Shown piece by piece: positions 9,650-18,225 of a stretch of DNA of 19,324 bases. Origin of the DNA: Ginkgo biloba (Eukaryota > Plantae > Ginkgophyta); assembly GCA_024626585.2 (NCBI GenBank), contig JANKJI020000002.1, forward strand, positions 67,733,342 through 67,752,665. The letters run 5' to 3'. The notes under the pieces are model-generated. The model saw nothing but the letters and a program-made list of their open reading frames with translations, was not told the DNA's origin and did no database searches. Position 1 is the stretch's first letter; each line of letters begins with the position of its first letter. Both the position numbers and the translations under genes were made by a program.

Positions 9650-12300
9650 NNAGTTTTTCCCGCAAAAGTGAGAGGGAAATAGATGATTGGCTGGATGAAA
9701 TACTTTAGAGATTAATTTTATAAAATAATTTTGGAGTTCCAACTAACTATGGAGCTAATGTATAGTCCAAATATATACTTCTTTCCTAAATTAATCTATC
9801 TTTTATATTTATATTTAAGTGAAATAAGGGGATATATGTATTGAGTCACTAATATTTAATTATAATAATACAAGACTCTACTTATATTATGATACAATAA
9901 GGTAAGGNNNNNNNNNNNNNNNNNNNNNNNNNNNNNNNNNNNNNNNNNNNNNNNNNNNNNNNNNNNNNNNNNNNNNNNNNNNNNNNNNNNNNNNNNNNNN
10001 NNNNNNNNNNNNNNNNNNNNNNNNNNNNNNNNNNNNNNNNNNNNNNNNNNNNNGCTTGGATTACATGTTGACATTGATGGACAAAATTACCATTGTGAAA
10101 TAATGGTTTATTTGGATGATGTGTTTATGTTGATAATTTAGTTGATTCTCTTTTGGATACAATGGTTTTTTTATTATCAAAGGGTGAGTGTAATATGGGT
10201 ACTCCAATCTATCTAATTTCTCAAGGATGTGAGAAAACATCCCGTTACATACTGATGATGTAAAATAAGACTCATATACTATATAGTGTATGTGGACACA
10301 TCAGTTGAGGATAGAATCAACAAATACTATACTGGTACTATATACCAAGAAGAAAGAGTGTAGGGATCATGATCCTTGAATAATTGGTATAACTTAAAAA
10401 TTCTAGACTCTATGATGATGTTTATAAGGAATTTGAGGGTTATCAATCTATCTAGGAAAAGTGTGAACTTAAACATATATATTAGGACTATAGAAGTGAC
10501 TAACAAATGATCGATAGTTAGTATACATGGTTTGAATTAGAATACATTACTGTGATGATATATATAATATCACAATAAACTAAAATAATATCTCAACCCA
10601 ATGCACCATGTGGTTTTTAAGCTCGGGGTTGATTAGTAAATGGACTAATGTTTTATTTAGATAAATAGTGGGTGGAAGGATATTGACTCAATAACTGCAT
10701 GAAGAAATAAATTTAATGAGATCTATGAGTTCTATATAAGTCTATATAGAACATATCCTCAGGCCTATGATGGCGATTTATTTAGAAATTAATTATATAT
10801 GNNNNNNNNNNNNNNNNNNNNNNNNNNNNNNNNNNNNNNNNNNNNNNNNNNNNNNNNNNNNNNNNNNNNNNNNNNNNNNNNNNNNNNNNNNNNNNNNNNN
10901 NTGTCATCTAGTTCTTTTTTTTTCTTTTTTATCAATTTCCCAATTAGGGAAATTTTAGTGTTAATATATTCCCACTTAAATTGTGAGGGTAGTGGGAAAT
11001 TAAAATGATGACATACTTCACTACTTGAATATAAAAAATGATTCTAGGACCTCATACTAACTATGGATTTGAACTAATGTCTTAAAATTGAATTCTTAAA
11101 TATACTTCTAATGTTGGTGTCAAAATATAAAGGAGAAAATAGAGTTCTTGAGTCACTAATTGTTACTTGTAATAACACAAATATATTTTTTCCATATTAT
11201 TATAATAAATTAAGGGGGAATGTACCATGATAACTTATTTTGCTAAAGGATTATATNNNNNNNNNNAACCTTATTAGATAGTTATTATTGAATATCAATA
11301 TTTGGACATACCCCAACTTTATGGATTTTATTTAAAATTTATTATAAAGTAAATACAACATTTAATGATGTGATGCTAGCTCAAATTATGTGTTAATGTT
11401 GATAAACCAGATAGCTATTATGACATAAAATATGATATGGATGATGTACTAAAGTCAACAAGTTTGTCATTTCTCCTATGAATGCCATAATCTTCTTTAT
11501 TATTGAAAACAAGTGGACTATGGTAACTCCAATCTATGCAATTAATTGAGGATATGATGAAGATCCTATTATGGATTAGTGTGTAATGTTATACTCATGG
11601 ATAATACAATGCACATGGATATAAAAAGATCACATTAGAAGAGGTTTGACTTGTTGGATACTAGGGAGGGTTTTCTAGGATGGTAGGCCAATAAATAAGA
11701 ATTCATAGAATATTAATTTTGAATAATTAATACAAATTGAAAATCCTCAAATCAATGGTGAAGTTTATAAGGAACTGGGAGCTACCAGTCTATGTAGGAA
11801 GAAATGATACTTAACTATACAGGCTTGGACTATAAAGCAATATAATAATTTATTAAAAAATCATTGGTGTATGATATTTATATGAAGACACATTAATAGT
11901 TCATCTATAGTGTAATGATATGTGTAATATCATGCTCAATTACAATAATACCTTTCCTTAATGCACTAAGTGATATTTAATCTTGGGGTTCATTAGTAAC
12001 TTGGACCACTGATTTATATTATGGAGAACTTGTAGGTCGATGGAGGTAGAGTTAGTAGCTACATGAATAAATAAATACAATGGAACCTATGAGTTCTCTA
12101 GAGTTTTATGTGGAATATATCCTGTGGCATATGATGGTATGTTATTTGGAAGCTTACTACATATGTGGCCTAAGTTTAGATTTTGGAATACTAGTGTCAT
12201 TAATTCTCAACTCAACATGGACTAAGTGTGGATGAAATGAGCATTAATGAAGCATAATCCTAGGCTTACAGTGTGATGAAGCCTATAAATTCAATAGGGA
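9650..12300. repeat. Old tandem duplication, two diverged ~1.3 kb units (~9650-10960 and ~10960-12300)
   Basis: Collinear exact anchors: ACTAACTATGGA 9742/11056, TTGAGTCACTAAT 9841/11148, ACTCCAATCTAT 10201/11526, GTTTATAAGGAA 10420/11763 and CTATGAGTTCT 10723/12087. Offsets range from 1307 to 1364, with alignable sequence between anchors. Outer limits are approximate. Confidence 0.85.
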
Positions 12301-12767
12301 AAGTTTTCATTCTTTATATAAAAAAATAATCATTAGGATACTTATCTATAATGACTTAGAGAGAGGAATTATGGGTAGTTTATGGAAAGTGTTATGANNN
12401 NNNNNNNNNNNNNNNNNNNNNNNNNNNNNNNNTATCCCCAGAATTCTATATGATAGTGGACATAAGGTGCACTGATGGTGAGTTGTATGGACACTATCTA
12501 GTGAGAATCTTGAATTTGAGTAGGCTCTAACATGGAAAATAGTTCATATTGAGAATCATATATCTATGGATGTTATTACTATTTCCATGTAATGGAGAAC
12601 TTAGGGATCATGTGTGTATGAGGCTTATTCCATACAATGGATGGATAATGAACATATCCTATTTGAAAAAGTCAATTATTAAGATGTTGATATCATATAA
12701 ATAACTAAAGTTTAGACCTTATTTTAAANNNNNNNNNNNNNNNNNNNNNNNNNNNNNNNNNNNNNNT

Positions 12768-13135
12768 TTGGTCAAAAATTGTATTATCCTCCCTTTAAAT
12801 TTAATAAAAAGATACTAGCTAAAAAGGATGCTTGTAAAGGCAATCTTATTTAAAGAGACTCTGCAATCTTGGGTTATAGATTTTTCATACCAACATTGAG
12901 CTATAAAATGAATAAATGAGAGATGGAATACACATTAAGATGTATTATTCCTTATCTATGATCATATTATAAGAGTCCAATAATCATATGGTATTCCACC
13001 TCATTGTTTGTGAGTGGAAAATAGAAAACATGTCTCAAATGAACTAGAACTTCTTTATCTTCTCAAAATAGGATCTAATCCACTACAATTATGTTAAAAC
13101 ATTGTCTTATATCTCCATATATGAAACCATAGGAA
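12768..13135 (-). mobile_element. Decayed archaeal-type RNase H (aRH, RNase HI-like) domain of a Tat-lineage gypsy element
   Basis: One frame reads YGFIYGDIRQCFNIIVVD*ILF...FPLTNNEVEYHMIIGLL*YDHR*GIIHLNVYSISHLFIL*LN, then after a frameshift NPRLQSLF...I*REDNTIFDQ. This matches the ordered aRH motifs F-x-DG, TNN-x-AEY (12991-13011), G(I)-x-x-L-x-V-x-x-DS-x-L, and R-x-x-N-x-x-AD. Confidence 0.8.
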
Positions 13136-14171
13136 ACACATACATACTCATCCATCCTTACCAAATTTGGATTACTTTTATTACAAAAACCAACTTAACT
13201 TTAAAACTAAGGGTAAAAAGTAAAGTGACTTAGGTATAATTTTTTTTTTTACCATTTAAATTGATAATTACTTATATATATAGAGTTTGTATAGATATAT
13301 CAAAAATTTCTAGGTACTATTATGACCCTAATATTATATTTTTGATTAATTTTAGGATTAAAAAAATAAATCTATAAATTTAGCAGCAGGATCACTAGAA
13401 TATTTTGTAACAATAAATCACATTGACTAATATGCATGATTTCCTATTTACACATCAATTAGTACATCTATTTATATTTTTATAAAAAATCACCTAATGT
13501 AAAGTGGATTAAAATTACAAGTTTTTTGATTTATTTTTATATTTATCATAAAGTTTAATGTTGTTTTAAATTACTATTTGATGTTCTAATAATTTATGGT
13601 AGGATGTGTATTCTTATTTACTTAGTATGCTTATAGAAAACTAATGGATAGGTCATGAGAGAATTCTATATGAGTTACAACATATAGAAAATATTAGTGA
13701 TGCTATTCGTGACTAATTTTACGAATATGGGCTAGATAAGTTTGCCTTATCCCACCATTGAGGACAAATACTAACTAACTTAACCTAATAATCATATGGT
13801 GTAATGTGAAAACTCACTTCTTCAGTGCCAAAATAAATTTTATTTTTTAGATGATAGAGGAGGATGTCTTATTTTATATTAGTTTGTCTCATAGGGGCAT
13901 TTAGATTGATAAATATGAGGAGTTAGGCATTTACATCTTTATCAACTCTCTTACATATATTGAATTTCCTATTTAAATTGAACTAGGTTTAAAATATACA
14001 TTATTATGTAGGTTTCCTAATGAAAAAAAATAATAAATAAAATAAAAAATTATCATTCCAAAAATAACTTCNNNNNNNNNNNNNNNNNNNNNNNNNNNNN
14101 NNNNNNNNNNNNNNNNNNNNNNNNNNNNNNNNNNNNNNNNNNNNNNNNNNNNNNNNNNNNNNNNNNNNNNN

Positions 14172-14523
14172 CAAAGCGCTTGGTCCAACCAGAAAACTGA
14201 TCCCAGACCTTCATCACCCATCTTACTGGACAATTGTATTGGCGTTTCTGTGGAGTTGTGTGTGGAGTTTGGGGATTGTCGGAGCAATCAGCCATGAATA
14301 TGCAGCCCTTGTAGTGTTCGGCCTCCTGGTTAGCTATGCATGGACAATGGAAGTTTTGAGAAACGTAGTGAATGTCAGCGTTTCAAGGGTTATTGCCCTG
14401 TTTTATATGCGAGGGATGCAATCAGACACACGGTTTTCATTTCACAGGGCTTTTACACGGTCTCTAGGAAGCATCAGTCTTGGATCCGTGGCGGTTCCTG
14501 TTATCGAGTGTTTTCGAGTATTG
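14172..14523 (+). CDS. Internal coding exon of a choline transporter-like (CTL/SLC44, PNS1-like) plasma-membrane protein; 5' boundary hidden in an N gap
   Basis: Stop-free 117-codon frame from 14173: KALGPTRKLIPDLHHPSYWTIVLAFLWSCVWSLGIVGAISHEYAALVVFGLLVSYAWTMEVLRNVVNVSVSRVIALFYMRGMQSDTRFSFHRAFTRSLGSISLGSVAVPVIECFRVL. It has hydrophobic segments and the family motifs WT-x-EV-x-RNV and RA-x-T-x-SLGS-x-x-LGS. SRVIAL-x-Y-x-RGMQS recalls the plant clade containing Arabidopsis At5g13760 (from memory, unverified). GC and CpG content are much higher than in the flanks, and it ends at a canonical donor. Confidence 0.93.
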
Positions 14524-14529
14524 GTAAGT
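14524..14529 (+). other. 5' splice donor (G|GTAAGT), phase 0
   Basis: Perfect consensus donor where protein similarity ends and composition switches to very AT-rich. Read-through hits TAA at 14530-14532. Confidence 0.88.
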
Positions 14530-15163
14530 TAATATCTAATATAATTAATTTATAATAAATTTCATATAACTGTACACATCTTAAGAAATCACTTGGAATT
14601 TATACAAATATTTTTAGGTTACAACATGCGTATTTTTCTTTATTTATAGTACATTTAATCTCAATTATTCATGATGAATCATAAGTCCCCAACACTTTAA
14701 ATTCCTCTCTTTTGATTCAAAGAATACTCACTATAAAGTATTCACTAATATAACCTATAATTCTAACTTATTCCATTTGTTTTTTGATTTTATTTCAATA
14801 AAAAACCTTCATCTTACTTTTCTTCTAATAACCATTATAACAATAAAAAAAAAATATTAAATCACATATTTAGAAAACATACTTGGAGTTTTGACCTTTA
14901 TATTATAAGAAGGAGATAATATTAAATAGTAACAAACCAATAAGATGAACTAATTGAGTCAATTATATAGTAATACTAACCTTGTAATATTTTAAAACTT
15001 TAACATATAAAACTCTATAAAATCAATAACTTATTATTCAAGGACGAACAACTTCAAAGTGCTATTTTTCCCAACCATATAATTGGTAATCCATTAATTA
15101 ACCCCCTAATAAAGGCCATTGGTTATAAACATAATTCACTATCATGTGCACTCAACCATACTA

Positions 15164-15367
15164 TTATAATCCATTTTAGAACCTATGCATTAGTGCTACC
15201 CATTTAACCATATATGAGGATTATTCCTATGTATTACCATTTGTATTTTGACCACTTTCATATCACATAGATGGACTTGTGGCATTCCATAAATTTCTTA
15301 TGATTGTCTTCATATAGTCTCCAACATCATATAAATATCCCTTTTACATAAAGGTAAAAGAGGGGAT
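15164..15367. repeat. Unclassified dispersed repeat, copy B (direct homolog of ~6592-6795)
   Basis: Same anchors as copy A (32/35 and 16/17 matches, constant offset). Confidence 0.85.
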
Positions 15368-16628
15368 CTTCCATTACTTGNNNNNNNNNNNNNNNNNNNN
15401 NNNNNNNNNNNNNNNNNNNNNNNNNNNNNNNNNNNNNNNNNNNNNNNNNNNNNNNNNNNNNNNNNNNNNNNNNNNNNNNNATGAACTTCAGAATTATCTT
15501 TCTTACATTTTTAGAAGAAGCCAATGTTTAGGCTACGTCTTCCATAAGATATTCCTTGTTTGAAGTTATTGAGGATGGAGTATGATGAAAAGCTTGTTAG
15601 GTAGGAAGTTCATACTATCTGAAGAAAATAATTAAGTTGCTATTACGACAAAATTTCAATTTATCATCTAAAAAATATACAACAATTGCCTATGGGTACA
15701 TATCAATGCCAAAAACAAGTGTTGTATTAGTTTTAATAAAATTACATATAAAGATGATTAGTGACAAGTTGTTAAAATATATTTCTAAAATTACATGAAT
15801 CTAATAGTTTGTTTAAGAGAGCAAGAGAACATAACAATAAAAAAGTAATCGCAAGAATCACATGAAGGCAAGTCCTACCTCCCTCACACAAAGATAAAAA
15901 ATGAAACTAGAAGTAGGAGATGATTCATGATATGCAATCGAGATAAAAAGTTTAAAATAAGTAATCCTATGTGAGGGACAATAAAGTTACTATCAACTTT
16001 GTCTTATTCAACTCAATAATTAAATTTTGCATATGAAATTGATCATCGACATAGGAATCCGAGAAATAAGTCGATCTAACGTCCGCAGCTTCACGAATCG
16101 TTTGGACAAACTTTCTACCAAAGCGAACCCGGAAAAATTGTTTAAGGAATGCGTTCAAACCTTGTTACTTTTGCTCGATCAAAGAAAATGAAAATCATAC
16201 AATATATGTCTACATAGATTTTTATAGTGTTGGCTTAATCTGGTTAATCCGTACACCCATATCTACTGTCTACTGATCACTTTCACCAATAATGCACCTT
16301 ACAGTATTCAATCTGTTACTGTAAGTTATAGTAGAAAAAGAAATAATTGGAGTTCATCATTCGCAATATTTAACAGCGTTCTTCAATAATACCACCACAT
16401 ATTATGCGAAATGGATTATTAGAAACAGAGAGGAAAAGGAATGCGCGGGTCATGTGAAATTTGAAGATTTTAGTGTACAATCTTGGAAGAAATTAGAATC
16501 AGTAGGGTCTGGCCCCAACGTAGTTACCNNNNNNNNNNNNNNNNNNNNNNNNNNNNNNNNNNNNNNNNNNNNNNNNNNNNNNNNNNNNNNNNNNNNNNNN
16601 NNNNNNNNNNNNNNNNNNNNNNNNNNNN

Positions 16629-16990
16629 TCGCTCAGAGATAGACTTTGTCATTCTTGTCATCTAGTGACAAAAAATAACATGTTACTCCCCCTATTTTTT
16701 CTCACTAGAAGACAAGATAAAGTGGGACCCATTATAATTCATGTATTAACTTTTTTGGGTCCCACTAGTTTTTATTATGAAGAGACAAAAAATTTGAGTT
16801 ATATTCTTTGACATTATAAGGCCCCACCATTTCCTATTGCTCATTGATAAACTTTGTTATTCCCGTCATATAACAACGAAAATGAACTATGTTTTCTTCA
16901 CGTATAACGATAGGAGAAATATTTTTCATCGCTTAGTAATAAATTTTGTCATTCTCGTCGTCTAGAAATGGAAAAAAATTATTTTGATTA
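16629..16990. mobile_element. Probable non-autonomous DNA transposon remnant (subterminal direct and inverted repeat array; CACTA- or MITE-like)
   Basis: Three degenerate ~55 bp units start at 16629, 16837 and 16929; the first and third match at 30/37. Inverted repeats are 16653-16677/16693-16717 (23/25) and 16721-16731/16756-16766 (11/11). No terminal inverted repeat pair or target-site duplication is identifiable, and the left end is in a gap. Confidence 0.5.
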
Positions 16991-17069
16991 ACATATCAAT
17001 GGGAGAAATATCTATCACTATAGCTTATCACTATGATAAACAAATGCAATAGTATATCCACACATGTAT

Positions 17070-17520
17070 GGGATGCCATCATACCCTTTTTTACTAATAA
17101 TAAGTGAAAATAATGGTGAGGGGGAGCACACCCCATGGCACCATTTTTTTAATGGTGTTGTAGCAATGTGCCACAATGCGACATATAATTGTTCAATAAA
17201 TATTCTACAAAGTGGCATTGCAAAAAAATATAGGTGAAATAACTTAGTAGTACATTTATGTGCCATGAGTTGATATTTGTTGCACATGGGGACTTCTTTT
17301 ATTAAACATGATTAAATGTGGTGCAAAATGGCACACTATGTACCATTGGCAATAAAAAAAGTGCCATGTGGCATAGAATGGTAGTTTGTAACATTGCCAC
17401 ATGGAAACTTAGATGGTTGGCCCTTTACAACTTGCCACGTGTATCAACATGACAACATGTGTGATGCCACATTGAGAATGTATGTGCCACTTTGAGGCAC
17501 ATGGTTCTCCATGTGTCATC
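17070..17520. repeat. Cluster of TGCCA/TGGCA motifs (decayed TGCCACGTGGCA-like units)
   Basis: About a dozen TGCCA or TGGCA in both orientations, including TGCCATGTGGCA at 17362-17373 and TGCCACGTG at 17433-17441. Confidence 0.65.
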
Positions 17521-17882
17521 TTTATAGATGGTATATATATGATTTTTTGTTACATGTAGACATATATTATAAAGCTTTGCAACATATTTTTGGCTTCTTT
17601 GTGGAAATTTTTATGATTATACGTTTATGGAAGATTTAATACATATGGGTGCAACAATTTCGTCCTTGACCCCAATTTTATATAACAAATATGCTGGTAA
17701 TTTACCATATGTTGTGAGGCTAGTCTCTTATTGTTTAGACATCCCAATCTTAAACCCCTTCACTTGTAGTTTTAATTATTTGAACACTCTAATCTTATTT
17801 TCTATATTCATGCTAGTAAATTTATTTACTTTTTAATTTTATTTTCTTAAATACTGTTAAAAATTACATTGATCCTTAAAAC

Positions 17883-18215
17883 ACCTTAAAACAAAATGAA
17901 ATCTAACCAAAGAAGGCATGGTTTACCTATGACAACTCCCTCACTATCAAGTTTAAGAACCTTTAAGATAGGCTCTGGACTTTATGGTCCAAGAATACTC
18001 TATTCACTCTCTCTAAAAAGATTTACATGGATGAAGATCTAACTAGAATCCAATACGAAAGCCTAAAGGAGAATAGGTCCAAAATGGTTGAAGCAAGGAA
18101 GCAAGGAAAATGGGTTGTCATGAAAAGTGGGAGAGTTTGGATTTGTGACTCCCCCCCTAGGCTGGTCCAAACCTTGGCATTTCCCATACCCTTCTTTATG
18201 ACGCCCAATTTTTAG
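17883..18215 (+). mobile_element. LINE ORF1 C-terminal remnant
   Basis: Reads KAWFTYDNSLTIKFKNL*DRLWTLWSKNTLFTLSKKIYMDEDLTRIQYESLKENRSKMVEARKQGKWVVMKSGRVWI. The I-Y-x-D-E-D-L-T...AR-x-x-GK pattern is typical of the C-terminal part of non-LTR ORF1 proteins. It lies directly upstream of an APE domain. Confidence 0.75.
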
Positions 18216-18225
18216 GGTTGCACTT

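Noticed and set aside
10100-10130. IMVYLDDVF as a reverse transcriptase YxDD motif
   Set aside because: No flanking RT motifs, and the duplicate unit reads KYDMDDVL at the same position.
10178-10200. AAAGGGTGAG-TGTAAT as a PPT plus LTR start
   Set aside because: Homology between the two tandem units continues straight through this point and the second unit lacks the motif, so it is not an LTR boundary.
13973-14555. ORFs 13973-14287 (-), 14053-14295 (-) and 14340-14555 (+)
   Set aside because: Alternative-frame or antisense shadows of the CTL exon; the two - strand ORFs are partly inflated by N runs.
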